Shown one piece after another: positions 37,601 to 46,681 of a stretch of 64,000 nucleotides of DNA; the stretch's first letter is position 1, and the number at the start of each line of letters is the position of its first letter. The stretch lies in assembly GCA_019423635.1 (NCBI GenBank), contig JAHZBA010000005.1, positions 5,354 to 69,353 of the forward strand, given 5' to 3'. The translations under genes were made by a program, and so were the position numbers. The notes under the pieces are model-generated. The model worked only from the letters and a program-made list of their open reading frames with translations. It ran no database searches and was not told the DNA's origin. Source of the stretch: Clostridiales bacterium (GTDB taxonomy: Bacteria; Bacillota; Clostridia; Oscillospirales; Oscillospiraceae).

Positions 37601-38131
37601 GGGGGCTACTCATCGGAGTTTGTCAACGCCATTGAGTACCTCAACCGCGCCGGCGTGGTCAACGGATACGGCGACGGGCGCTTCGGCCCCGGCCGGCCGG
37701 TGAGCCGCGGGGAGTTCGCCCTGATGGTGTGCCGGGCCTTCAACCTCAATACCGGCAGCACCTCCAGCTTCCCGGACGTGCCGGCAAACAGCGCCTATGC
37801 CTGGGCGGTGGCCACGGCCAGGGACCTGGGAATTGCCCAGGGCAGCAACGGCATGTACAGCCCCAACAGCTCCATCACCCGGCAGGCGGCCATGACCATG
37901 ATCTGCCGTGCCATGCGCGCCGCCGGACAGAGCGTGCCCAATGTCTCTGTCAGCTCGCTGTCGTCCTATCAGGATTTCAGCCAGCTCTCGGACTACGCCC
38001 GGGCGTCGGTTGCGTCTCTGGTTCAGATGGGCGCGGTGCAGGGGGATGCCTCCAGACGGCTGAATCCCACCCAGAGCATCACCCGGGCCCAGATGGCCGT
38101 CATCTTGTACCGCGTGCTCACCAGGGGCTGA
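34652..38131 (+). CDS. Surface protein: signal peptide, Big_2 Ig-like domains, five ~115-aa tandem repeats, 3 C-terminal SLH domains
   Basis: TATVEPANATNQNVSWDSSD..VATV (Big_2); repeated DF..C...YI.F..G.LY...DVTFVPA..G.V..PY; VSRGEF, ITRQAA, ITRAQMA. Confidence 0.9.
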   Translation: MNWKHRAGALLLALVTALSLVLPAAAADISVTGVTLSSKTLTLKMGGTETGTLTATVEPANATNQNVSWDSSDETVATVTNGTVTAKREGITRITVTTEDNKKTDFCNVTVAAADPPRELTMTITGDQETEEGKEVALRLELSDRTETVQSVTWTPNNLVSDSTLSGHTVVAKFRSDQKGTYEVQATVVTAKNKTVTGKITIKVNEKPVTPPVETPAVGIAMNQRSPVYINRSAGTTLTAVTTPSNATDPVTWEIVSGESVVKLVPSTENDRVCVVEGLTTGAATVIAKAGDVQTAPFVIEVNGLVLEPTTLDLFEGGEPGTLVASRYGAARSMQLLWETQSEPIASVVNGKVYPNGVGTAKIIVSAGANYRSECTVTVKENVAGIIEAGSVQNGASFSFSEGNLLSDLRSRCTSMTSQSLRLVRGLAVSPSQGILHYKYNSTEFQGQGVGSEPYYLTQPSSSNPQRLLTDVTFVPAVGFTGNADISYTGESTEGKNFNGTIRVNVKSTGDVTYSTATNLPVTFEAADFTAICRAKQGQEIKYISFQPVSSGRGTLYRNYSTTAQYNPPVTASDKYYRTNKPLLDEVTFVPAENTTGTVKIPYTCVTTGNGSYSGTVTIFVEDMSLTEEGAVNYTVAPGRTVDLRSADFNSACREVTETTLDYIRFDSLPDSSQGTLYFNYRNASSTGSRVTSGTKYYRTGSSQISDITFVPAGGYTGSVSVPFTGYNTKGDSFSAHMVIRVTESGGTVRYSIQENDTVTFDERDFNEAFRSMTGEPLEYVTFDLPASREGKLYRNYRSSSSSGSSVSSSTRLYYDGRPNISDVTFVPASGFTGTVSFTYRGYDEDGDRTNGTVEITVGGTGSSTIYYSGVNTQSIALRLTDFQSACTSVLGGTLSYIRFSSLPGAGVGQLRQDTGSYVSTGTSYYAGTSPSISQLSFLPSTSYQGIVSIPYTGWDTQGRSFNGNIEIVVSGGYTASSTFTDLGGYSSEFVNAIEYLNRAGVVNGYGDGRFGPGRPVSRGEFALMVCRAFNLNTGSTSSFPDVPANSAYAWAVATARDLGIAQGSNGMYSPNSSITRQAAMTMICRAMRAAGQSVPNVSVSSLSSYQDFSQLSDYARASVASLVQMGAVQGDASRRLNPTQSITRAQMAVILYRVLTRG

Positions 38132-38225
38132 TGAGAGCGGCCGGACGGCGTATGTTTTCAGATTTGATGACCGAGACAGGATCAGACATGCCAACGATAA
38201 GCTGAGAAGAGAAGGAGAGAGGACC

Positions 38226-38990
38226 ATGTGGGAGTTCCTGAAAAAGAGGAGAGAGATGCTCCGGGAGGAAATCCGGGAGGAGGTCCGGGAGGAGCTTCGT
38301 GAGGAACTCGGGCTCCAGGAAGATCCCCCTGAGGAGGAACCGGAGGAGCCGGCAGCAGACCCCACCGCAGAGCTCGATTCCGGAATGCTGGTGGAAGTGC
38401 TGACCATGGATAACCACCTGATCTTCGTGGGAACACTGGAGATTCTGGACCGGGGCGTCGTCCAGATCCGGGAGGAGACCGGGCAGGCTGTGCCGCGGGT
38501 GGAGTATAACCTGAAGGTGAAGCTGCGGGCCTTCCGGCAGAGCGAGTGGGTGATTGCCCTCTTTGGCTATGTCTGCGGCAGCAGCCCGGAGTTCTGGCGG
38601 GTAGACCGGTTGGAGGCGCTGCAAACCCAGGAGAAGCGGAACTTCTTCCGGCAGAATATCCGCATGGAGGCCCAGGTCCGGGCCCTGCAGGACAGCCGGA
38701 CGCGGCCCTGCCGGGTGCTGGACGTCAGCGCCGGCGGCGCGCTGATCCGCTGCCAGGAGGTGTTTCGGGAGGGCCAGCTGGTTCGCCTGAGCGGTGTGCG
38801 CCTTCTGGAAGAGGAGGACCCGTTCAACTTCACCTGCCGGGTGCAGCGGGTCATTCCGGACGGAACCTATACCAATTACGGCTGCCAGTTTGAACAGATG
38901 ACGACCAAGGACGAGGACCGGCTGATGCGGGTGATCCTGGTTCTCCAGCGCAAGGCCCTGCAGGCCCGCCGGGGCGGCGATCTGGTGTAA
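38226..38990 (+). CDS. YcgR-like PilZ-domain c-di-GMP receptor
   Basis: KRNFFR and DVSAGG; N-terminal PilZN-like domain. Confidence 0.88.
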   Translation: MWEFLKKRREMLREEIREEVREELREELGLQEDPPEEEPEEPAADPTAELDSGMLVEVLTMDNHLIFVGTLEILDRGVVQIREETGQAVPRVEYNLKVKLRAFRQSEWVIALFGYVCGSSPEFWRVDRLEALQTQEKRNFFRQNIRMEAQVRALQDSRTRPCRVLDVSAGGALIRCQEVFREGQLVRLSGVRLLEEEDPFNFTCRVQRVIPDGTYTNYGCQFEQMTTKDEDRLMRVILVLQRKALQARRGGDLV

Positions 38991-39462
38991 TCCGGATTTT
39001 CCGGGAGCATGTGCAGGCCGCGTGTTCTGTTCGCGGCGAATGCCGTGTCTTCCAGAATCCATGTGAATTATGGAGAGCTTCGCGCGCCCGTCTTTGCCGG
39101 CGCCGCCGAAGCGCCTGAACGGAGCCCCCATCAGGAGGATTTCACAGCGAAAGGCAGCTGCATGACGATTTTGCGTCGTGCGGCTGCCTTTTTTTGTCGA
39201 GATCCGGGACACGATCACACGTCCCGATGAACGGATCATGCGCATCTGTCCGCGGGGGATCTCCCGCTCCGCCGGGCCGATGCCCTTCCGACAGGCGATC
39301 CGCCCGGCGCAGGGGCAGACCCTGGTGAAGCCTGGCACCTGTTTGGCGCCGCCCAGGCAGGAGGCCGGTGCGGCCGGTACCGGGCGGGCAGAGCAGTTCC
39401 ATCATCCAGGCCTTTCGCGGCGTTGTGTTCGGCGCCGTCAGCGGCGGCTGACATGCACCGGC

Positions 39463-40695
39463 TTATGTTCCGCTGCGCTCCAGCAGGAGAGCGGCACATT
39501 CGTCCAGAGACCATCCCTCCGGCACGGTGAAGAAGTAGACGCTGCGGTCCTCCAGAAGCAGGGCTGTGCGGGCCTTTTCCAGGATGTAAAGCGTTCTGCC
39601 GTTCCATGGCCGGGGGGAGAAGGCCTCGCGGAAGTCCGATTGGGCCTGCTGGTAGAGGTAGCGGAAGATCTGCTTTGCCAGAAGAGGACTGCGGGTGACC
39701 GTGTGGTTGGTGAAGAGGTAGCCGTCCTCTTCCGATTCCTCGGCATAGAGCAGATTGTCCGCCAGAATGGAGCGGTTGACCCGCACGGCGCTGTTTTTCT
39801 CCGCCTCGGAGCCGAAGTCGCTGAGATGCAGTACCGGCAGGGTGTCCGCCTGAGCCAGCAGGGTCTCCTGCTGCTGCGTGCTCCAGGCGGCGTTGGCGTC
39901 GCTCATGCGGTGATTGAGGAAGAGGATCATTCCGAACATCACCACGCTGATCAGGGCCACCACCGGCAGCAGGCGGCGGTTGTCCTGCCGGTCCCTGGCC
40001 ATGGACTGCAGGAGCACCATGCCCGCCAGAATCACCCCGATGGGGATCAGCAGGTAGAACAGCATGTCGCTGCGGTCCCCCAGCTCCAGGGCAATGGCGG
40101 CCAGGAGAAGGAGCAGCAGCCCGCCGCTGTGGACCAGATACCGGATGCAGATTCGGGGCCGGGAGGGCGGCGGTGCGGGGATGCTGAGCAGCAAGGCGTT
40201 TACGGCGTGGTACACCGCCAGAAATCCCATCAGAGCGCCAATCACCAGATACAGGTTGGTGAGGATCAGGGAGTAGACCACCGCGGGGGAACGCAGAAGC
40301 CAGATGGCAGCCGCCGCCAGCACCAGCACCCAGATCAGGGAGGCCAGGCGGCAGGTGTTCCGGATCAGAGGCGCAGGATCCCGGTTCGGAAGAGCGATAT
40401 CCGGATCTTCCGTGGCCAGGATCTGGCAGCCCTTGCTGGTTCCGACAGCATACCAGCCCTCCTGCATACGCTCCCGGAGACGGCCCTTGGGGTAGCGGCG
40501 GAAGCAGGCGAGGGAGGTCATGGCATGGGGGTCTACCGCGTAGCGCGGGGGATGGTCTGCCGGAACAAAGCCCGCCAGCACGCCGCGGCACCAGCGCAGC
40601 CGCCAGCCTGACGACGCCATCTCATTCAGATAGGCCTCCATCTGCCGGAAATGCTCCGGCCGGAAGGCAAACAGACAAACCTTGGATCGTTTCAC
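39463..40695 (-). CDS. DUF2812-family membrane protein
   Basis: EAYLNEMASSGWRL, Y.VD, EGW..V N-terminal pattern plus several TM helices; GTG start after GGAAAGGAG. Confidence 0.75.
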   Translation of the reverse strand: MKRSKVCLFAFRPEHFRQMEAYLNEMASSGWRLRWCRGVLAGFVPADHPPRYAVDPHAMTSLACFRRYPKGRLRERMQEGWYAVGTSKGCQILATEDPDIALPNRDPAPLIRNTCRLASLIWVLVLAAAAIWLLRSPAVVYSLILTNLYLVIGALMGFLAVYHAVNALLLSIPAPPPSRPRICIRYLVHSGGLLLLLLAAIALELGDRSDMLFYLLIPIGVILAGMVLLQSMARDRQDNRRLLPVVALISVVMFGMILFLNHRMSDANAAWSTQQQETLLAQADTLPVLHLSDFGSEAEKNSAVRVNRSILADNLLYAEESEEDGYLFTNHTVTRSPLLAKQIFRYLYQQAQSDFREAFSPRPWNGRTLYILEKARTALLLEDRSVYFFTVPEGWSLDECAALLLERSGT

Positions 40696-40930
40696 AGTGG
40701 TCTCCTTTCCCCGGGAAACGGTGAGCGCTTTTCAAAAAACTCTGGCGGACAACGGGAACGGCCGCCTCCTGAGCGGGGAGATCAGGGAGGGGGCATCCAC
40801 GTTGGATGAAATCGGATCTCTCCGCAAGTGCCCGCTGCATTTGCGCGCAAAGCGGGCGGCTTCCGGGAGGGAACGGCTGAGCGGCTGCCCCCACGCGATC
40901 CGCGCAGAGGCAGCCGTATGGAGGGACGGA

Positions 40931-41629
40931 TCAGGCGGTTGCTTTCTTCTTTTTCTCGTTTTGATAGAAGACATACCCCAGAACCATGCTCAGGAGGATG
41001 GCGCCGGGGAACTTGGTAATGGAGGGAATGGGCAGGTACTCGATGATCAGGCACAGGATGAAGATCACCGGCACGAAGAACTTCTGCTTCTTCCAGTACT
41101 GGGCCAGCACGCCGCCCAGGATGGCGGGGAGACAGAAGTCAAAGGCGTTGATGACGAAGGGGGGCAGGATCTCCAGGATGTACACGCCGGCCACGGCGGC
41201 CAGGGTGACGAAGAACAGGTTCGTGAACACGGAGACGCCCATGGCGATGACGCCGACCACCTCGCCCCGCTTGGTGCCGGCTTCCGCATTGGTGGCCAGC
41301 TGGGCGGAGAGCATGGCGGGAAGACGGACGGAGGGCACGTTGCCGGAGAGATAGCCGATGTAGAGGCCCGTGGTGCCCATAGCGGGGTAGTAGCCAAGAG
41401 GCTCAAAGATGTAGATCAGCAGGTAGGACGAGAGGATGATCCCCCAGCCGGCCAGGATCTGGCTCCACTCGGGGCGCAGGCCCAGGCCCAGCCACAGGTA
41501 CAAAGGCGGCGCGAAGGTCAGCAGGGCCGCAACCAGGGTGGTCAGACGGCCGGAGCGGATCATCTTGACGGAGTATTCGTCGTGGAAGCGCTGGTCCAGC
41601 TCAGCGGCGGACAGATTCTCAGTTCCCAT
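40931..41629 (-). CDS. Integral membrane protein, partner of the DUF5058-like protein
   Basis: Multiple TM helices; EP..YYP.MG..GLY..YLSGN...R.P motif; 4 nt after the upstream gene. Confidence 0.75.
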   Translation of the reverse strand: MGTENLSAAELDQRFHDEYSVKMIRSGRLTTLVAALLTFAPPLYLWLGLGLRPEWSQILAGWGIILSSYLLIYIFEPLGYYPAMGTTGLYIGYLSGNVPSVRLPAMLSAQLATNAEAGTKRGEVVGVIAMGVSVFTNLFFVTLAAVAGVYILEILPPFVINAFDFCLPAILGGVLAQYWKKQKFFVPVIFILCLIIEYLPIPSITKFPGAILLSMVLGYVFYQNEKKKKATA

Positions 41630-41633
41630 TTTG

Positions 41634-42362
41634 TTAACCTCCCATCACTCGGAACGCCTGGGCAATGAAGATCGCCGCCAGCATGGCGAGGCCCAGGGCA
41701 AACTCCTTCAGCTTCGGCGCCTTCTCGGCGAGCTTCATCAGGAGCAGCATGATGACGAAGCCGGACACGCCGGCAATGATCTTGGGCAGGCCGCCCACCA
41801 TCTGACCGGTCATGAACTTGGTGATGCAGCCGGTCATGATGCACGCGCCCACGGCGTCGAACATCTTGGTGTCATAACGGTCCACCACGCCCTTGATCTT
41901 CTCGATCTTGTGGAAGAACAGCAGGTCCACGATGAAGAAGCCCCAGGTATTCAGGGTAATGACCCACACGGAGTTGCAAAAGCCGATGATGCCGTACTCC
42001 GGGCCGCCCAGGGACATGCCCAGGGCCGTGGCGCCGGCGGTAGCGCCCAGCATCTCCGTGGTGATGGTGCCGATGATGGAAAGGCGTAGCCAGGCGAAGG
42101 GGCCGCCCATGATGCTCATGAAGGCGATCATGACGGTGAACATGGACATGCCGGGGCCGAAGGAGGAGAAAATACCGGCCTGAATGGCCACCTTGGTGTC
42201 CTCCTTGGTCAGACCCACCAGGGGACCGGCGTTTACCGCCGTGCGGATAAAGGAATAGGCCTGTACGCACATGGCGATGACCGTGGGAATCACCATGACC
42301 CACAGCATCGGCATATTGGCGATGGAGAGGTATTCCTTGTTTGTCATGGTATCAACAAACAT
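41634..42362 (-). CDS. DUF5058-like integral membrane protein
   Basis: SSFGPG, G.P.AWLRLSIIG....E, LKEFALG.AM motifs; multi-TM. Confidence 0.75.
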   Translation of the reverse strand: MFVDTMTNKEYLSIANMPMLWVMVIPTVIAMCVQAYSFIRTAVNAGPLVGLTKEDTKVAIQAGIFSSFGPGMSMFTVMIAFMSIMGGPFAWLRLSIIGTITTEMLGATAGATALGMSLGGPEYGIIGFCNSVWVITLNTWGFFIVDLLFFHKIEKIKGVVDRYDTKMFDAVGACIMTGCITKFMTGQMVGGLPKIIAGVSGFVIMLLLMKLAEKAPKLKEFALGLAMLAAIFIAQAFRVMGG

Positions 42363-42532
42363 GATTTCTTTGCACTTCCTTTCTCTTTGATTCCGGCGTT
42401 CCCGGGGATGCGCGGAGATGGGTCCCCGGGGAGTTCAGGGGGGTGCGGCAGACCGGGGCCCGGAGCGGCGCCCCTGCGCTCCGCCGGGGCCGCCCCGGAC
42501 TCCGCGTTTTTTTAGATCCGTGAAAACGCTGC

Positions 42533-43798
42533 TCAGTCCGCCTGGTCCAGCTTCAGCACGGCGTTGAGCATGACACTGGCGCCGGCAGTGCAGATCTCAT
42601 CGCTGGTGTGCTCCGGCTCGCAGTGGCTGAGACCCTTCTCGGAGGAGACGAAGATCATGGTGGTGGGGATCATATAGGAGATGTACTGGGCGTCATGACC
42701 GGCGCCGGAGTGGATGTCCATGTGGCTGACGCCCAGCTCCTGGGCGGCCTGGCGGACATAGCCCACCAGCTCCTGATCCCAGTACACGGTGTCGCGGTTC
42801 CAGCCCAGGACCACCTCACACTTGCAGCCCTTCCACTCCCGCTTTTCCAGACTGAACAGGATCTCCCGGACCTGGTTCAGCACGTCGGGATTTTCGTGGC
42901 GCACATCGATGGAGAAGTCAAAGAAGTCGGGGATAACGGTGTTCACGCAGGGGTGGATCACCACCTCGCCGGTGGTATACACCAGGTCCTCATAGCCCAG
43001 CTTGTCGATCTCGTCGTGGAGATAGCACAGGGCCTCGGCGGCGGCGTGGAAGGCGTCGTGGCGCTTCTTCATGGGGAAGGTGCCGGCATGGGCGGCGAAG
43101 CCGTAGAACTTCACCCGATAGATCATCTGGCCCAGCACACAGGTGACGATTCCCACGTCCTTGCCGGCGTCCTCCAGGATGGGGCCCTGTTCGATGTGGG
43201 TTTCAAAGAGGGCCCGATACTTCTCCGGGGTCATCCGGTTTTTCTTGTCGCCCTTGTAGGGGAAGGCCGCCAGCCGCTCACCGAAGGTGACCTCCGGAGT
43301 CAGGATGGACCGGGAGGCCATCATTTTGCTGTACTCGAAATTGTTCTTGAACCGCTCGGGCATGTAGTCATAGGCCATGGTGCCGGAGCACATCATGCAG
43401 GGCGGGAACTCGGAGCCCTCCTCGTTGGTGAAGATCATGGCGGTGAGGGGGTGCTTGTGGGGGATCTTCTCCGCGGCCACGGTCTCCAGTACCTCCATGG
43501 CGCTCATGACGCCCAGGATGCCGTCGTAGTTGCCGCCGTTTTTCACGCTGTCGCAGTGGGAGCCCATGACGATGCGCTTGGCATTGGGATCACTGCCGGG
43601 CAGAGTGGCGTACATGTTGGCCAGGTCGTCCATCTCAATGATGGCGCCGATGGCTTCCATCCGCCGGACCCACTCGGCACGGGCCATCTTGTCCTCCTCG
43701 GACAGGGCATAGCGGGTGATGCCGCCGTGACCGGCGTCGCCGAACTTACTGAAGGTGTGGATCTTGTCGCTCATTCTCTCCAGACTGCACTGATACAT
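42533..43798 (-). CDS. M20-family Zn amidohydrolase (N-carbamoyl-amino acid hydrolase / beta-ureidopropionase-like)
   Basis: GSHCDSV..GG.YDG..G, NEEG, ETHIEQGP, AHAGT.PM, SGAGHDA, GLSH. Confidence 0.92.
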   Translation of the reverse strand: MYQCSLERMSDKIHTFSKFGDAGHGGITRYALSEEDKMARAEWVRRMEAIGAIIEMDDLANMYATLPGSDPNAKRIVMGSHCDSVKNGGNYDGILGVMSAMEVLETVAAEKIPHKHPLTAMIFTNEEGSEFPPCMMCSGTMAYDYMPERFKNNFEYSKMMASRSILTPEVTFGERLAAFPYKGDKKNRMTPEKYRALFETHIEQGPILEDAGKDVGIVTCVLGQMIYRVKFYGFAAHAGTFPMKKRHDAFHAAAEALCYLHDEIDKLGYEDLVYTTGEVVIHPCVNTVIPDFFDFSIDVRHENPDVLNQVREILFSLEKREWKGCKCEVVLGWNRDTVYWDQELVGYVRQAAQELGVSHMDIHSGAGHDAQYISYMIPTTMIFVSSEKGLSHCEPEHTSDEICTAGASVMLNAVLKLDQAD

Positions 43799-44070
43799 AG
43801 ACAACATTCCTTTCTCTTTTCAGCGTGATATGTGGGATTTGCGGGACATGCGCATGTCCTGACGGATCTCAGACAGGCCCCATGAGGACAGCGGTGCCAT
43901 GAAACACATTTGCTGTGCGCACCCCTCCCGTCATTGTCCTTTTTCTCCCAAATTGAATCAATGCCGGGGATGGGTTTTGTGCAAACCACACAAGACCTGC
44001 GATACCTTGACTATAAAGGAAGGGCCCTGCAAAAAGCAAGGCCCTGGCAGGAATTGGACAAAATCTGGCG

Positions 44071-45360
44071 TTATTTGGCGGAGGGTGCCCGGTCATTCAG
44101 GAGAATCCGCCCGGTGAAGACCTCCCCCTCCTGAAAGAACTCCGTGTCGCCGGCATAGCTGGCGGCGGCGTCTGTGATGCTGGTGATGCCGATGCCGGTC
44201 CGTCCGACGGCCTGCGGCCGCCCGCCGGAAAAGCGCAGGTTCTCCGCGCAGCTGTTCCGGCACTGGATGATGAGCTTGTTTCCCTTGTGGAGGATGTTCA
44301 GGTCAATCCAGCGGGCGTCCTTTGACAACAGACAGCCCTTCACTGCGTTTTCCAGGAGATTGGCCAGGATCGCCACCAGATCCGTGTCCCGGACGGAGGT
44401 CTCCTCCCGCATCCGGATATCGGTGGTCATGCGGATGTTCTGCTCCTGGGCCTGCTTTAAAAAGGCGGTGACGATGCTGTTCACCGTCAGATTGGCGCAG
44501 ACCTTGCCGCCCAGCTTCTTCTCCGCGGAGATCTCGTATTCCTGAAGATATTGGATGATGGCGTCGCAGTCCCGGTTTTTGGCGTACTCCAGAATCAGCA
44601 GGTTGTGGTGGCGGAAGTCGTGGCGGTACTTGCGCTCCTCCCGCTCCAGCTGCTCAAAGCTGCTTAGCTGATGGGTCAGAAACTTCTTCTCGATCTCCAG
44701 CTGACGCTTCTGGTTTTCCTTACTGAGCGCGCTGAGGGTTTTGAAGATGACGATGTAGGCCGAGGCCATGAGGATCAACAGCACAACCAGCATGATGAGA
44801 GTCTGGTGGTCGAAGGTCAGGAACATGTTGGACAACACCGCCACCGACAGAAGGCACCCGCAGAAGATGCACACCAGTACCGTCAGCGCTCCCCAGCCCG
44901 AGGGGATGTTGTCCGCCGCCCGGAGAAAGGCCGGGCGGATGTCGTACACCAGCACCACGCAGAACACGGAGATCAGGATCAGCCGGAACTCGATGATTGC
45001 CACGGGATCGCTGTTGACGAAGTTGAAGGCCAGCGCCTGGGAGATGGCGATGGAGAAGAGAAAGAAATTGATGTAGGAGGCGAAGATGAAGAGGTTCCGC
45101 AGGAAGTTCCCCCTGGAGGTGATCAGAAACACCAGGGCGCACATGGCCAGGGAGGCCACCTGCCCTGCCAGGGAGGCATAGGACGTCAGCACTGTGGCGG
45201 CCACGGCGGCGAAGACGGCGGAGGCCGCGAACACGCTGGACCAGATGACGACGCTCCGCTTCAGACTGTAGCGCCGCGTGGACATCAGCAGCAGGGAGAC
45301 CGAGTGTCCGGCAAATACCAGCAGTTCGCTCATAAACTCGATTCGGGGAATCGCCGTCAT
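44071..45360 (-). CDS. AgrC/LytS-type membrane sensor histidine kinase (GHKL)
   Basis: Multi-TM N-terminus; RHDFRHH H-box; ANLLENA N-box; GIG. Confidence 0.9.
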   Translation of the reverse strand: MTAIPRIEFMSELLVFAGHSVSLLLMSTRRYSLKRSVVIWSSVFAASAVFAAVAATVLTSYASLAGQVASLAMCALVFLITSRGNFLRNLFIFASYINFFLFSIAISQALAFNFVNSDPVAIIEFRLILISVFCVVLVYDIRPAFLRAADNIPSGWGALTVLVCIFCGCLLSVAVLSNMFLTFDHQTLIMLVVLLILMASAYIVIFKTLSALSKENQKRQLEIEKKFLTHQLSSFEQLEREERKYRHDFRHHNLLILEYAKNRDCDAIIQYLQEYEISAEKKLGGKVCANLTVNSIVTAFLKQAQEQNIRMTTDIRMREETSVRDTDLVAILANLLENAVKGCLLSKDARWIDLNILHKGNKLIIQCRNSCAENLRFSGGRPQAVGRTGIGITSITDAAASYAGDTEFFQEGEVFTGRILLNDRAPSAK

Positions 45361-46088
45361 ACCTCTGCCGCCTCTCCATCGCAGTAATAGTCAAAATACT
45401 GGCGCTTCAGATCTGCCAGGGCCCGGCGGGGGATGTGGAGCACCCGCTCTCCCGTCAGTTCCACGCTGTCCGAGGCCACCCGGACCACATAGTCCAGATT
45501 CACCAGGAAGGAGGCACCCACCCGGATAAAGCGCTTTTGGGGCCCCAGAAGCTCGCACAGCTCCGCACGGGTCATCCGGGTGCGCTCCATGGTGCCGTTG
45601 GCCAGATACAGCGCCTGATAATGGCGCTGGGTTTCGGTGTACATCAGGTCCTTCAAAAAGATCTTCACAATCTGGTTGTTGCAGTAGACGCTGATAAAGC
45701 CGCCCTCCCGGGTCTCCTTCAGCAGCAGGTCCATGGTCTGGGAGAGGCTGGCATAGGTGAGGGGCTTGACCAGGTACTGGGAGGCGTTGACGCCGAAGGC
45801 CTCCAGAGCGTGCTGAGGGGAGGTGGAGAAGAAGACAATTTTGATCTTGGAGTTATGGCTTCGCAAAAGGCGGGCCAGCTCCACTCCGTTCAGGGACTCC
45901 AGATAGATGTCCAGAAACAGGACCTCGTACAGCTCGCTGCGCTGGAGCTCCCGCAGGATATCCTCCCGCTGGGTGCAGGCGGAGGTCCGAAAGCTGATGC
46001 CGGTCCTCTCGCTGTACAGGGCGATGAGATGGTCCAGCTTCTGGGCCTCCGCGGTGTCGTCATCGCAAATCAGTACTCTGATTGCCAC
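45357..46088 (-). CDS. LytTR-family response regulator (AgrA-like)
   Basis: ICDDD, FLDI, YLVKP receiver; F.RV..SFLVNL LytTR. Likely GTG start at 46088 after GAGGTG. Confidence 0.92.
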   Translation of the reverse strand: MAIRVLICDDDTAEAQKLDHLIALYSERTGISFRTSACTQREDILRELQRSELYEVLFLDIYLESLNGVELARLLRSHNSKIKIVFFSTSPQHALEAFGVNASQYLVKPLTYASLSQTMDLLLKETREGGFISVYCNNQIVKIFLKDLMYTETQRHYQALYLANGTMERTRMTRAELCELLGPQKRFIRVGASFLVNLDYVVRVASDSVELTGERVLHIPRRALADLKRQYFDYYCDGEAAEV

Positions 46089-46145
46089 AGGGAACACCTC
46101 TCTTCGGTTTGCCGACGCGGTTTGGCGCAGGACTTAATCCTTTAC

Positions 46146-46175
46146 ATTATAAGGCAAGTGCCGGGAAATGGTCAA
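46146..46175 (-). promoter_or_regulatory. Putative sigma70 promoter of the LytTR/HK operon
   Basis: TTGACC-N18-TATAAT on the minus strand. Confidence 0.65.
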
Positions 46176-46550
46176 GCTCTACCTGGGTCATGGCGGAAAA
46201 AAGCGCAGCCTGTCCCGCCGGACGGCGGCTGGGCGTCCTCGAAAAATTTCCGGGCGCATCCCTTTTTTCAGGAGAGGGAGACCTCCCGGACAGCGGGCGG
46301 AGCAGATGCGGCCCATCGCTCCGGGCCATCTCCGGCAAAGGCGTTTCCGGCATGGCTGGGGCCTTCCTTTGAGGCGAGAGAGGCGGTGTGAGCGTGCAGC
46401 CGCGCCTTTGGGAAAGGGACCTGTGCCGTATGCGGGTCTTTTTGCGGGGAGTGCCCGCCATCTCTGAATTTTCCGCCTGATCAGACGCGCCCGCGGGTAC
46501 GCCGGTGCTTTTTTGCGGAGGGAACCGCCTTTCAGCAGCCGTTTTAGCAG

Positions 46551-46579
46551 TTGTATTCTGTTTTCACTTGTGCTAAACT
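46551..46579 (+). promoter_or_regulatory. Putative sigma70 promoter of the ddl operon
   Basis: TTGTAT-N17-TAAACT with extended TG; a second TATAAT lies just downstream. Confidence 0.5.
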
Positions 46580-46681
46580 AAGAAAGATTATAATATGGAT
46601 CATTATGTGCATATGCGCTGTCCGGGGCGAAGGCGGAGGCCGCCGTCCCAATCTGAGCGCCGGAGGCACCTGGAGGAACGC

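Noticed and set aside
44020..44050. sigma54 promoter for the amidohydrolase operon (TGCCAG-N5-TTGCT, minus strand)
   Set aside because: It lacks the invariant GG at -24.
46330..46446. Possible sRNA (paired caaaggcg/cgcctttg and a terminator-like hairpin with U-run) in the LytTR-ddl gap
   Set aside because: Short GC-rich pairings are expected by chance; no promoter or family match was recognised.
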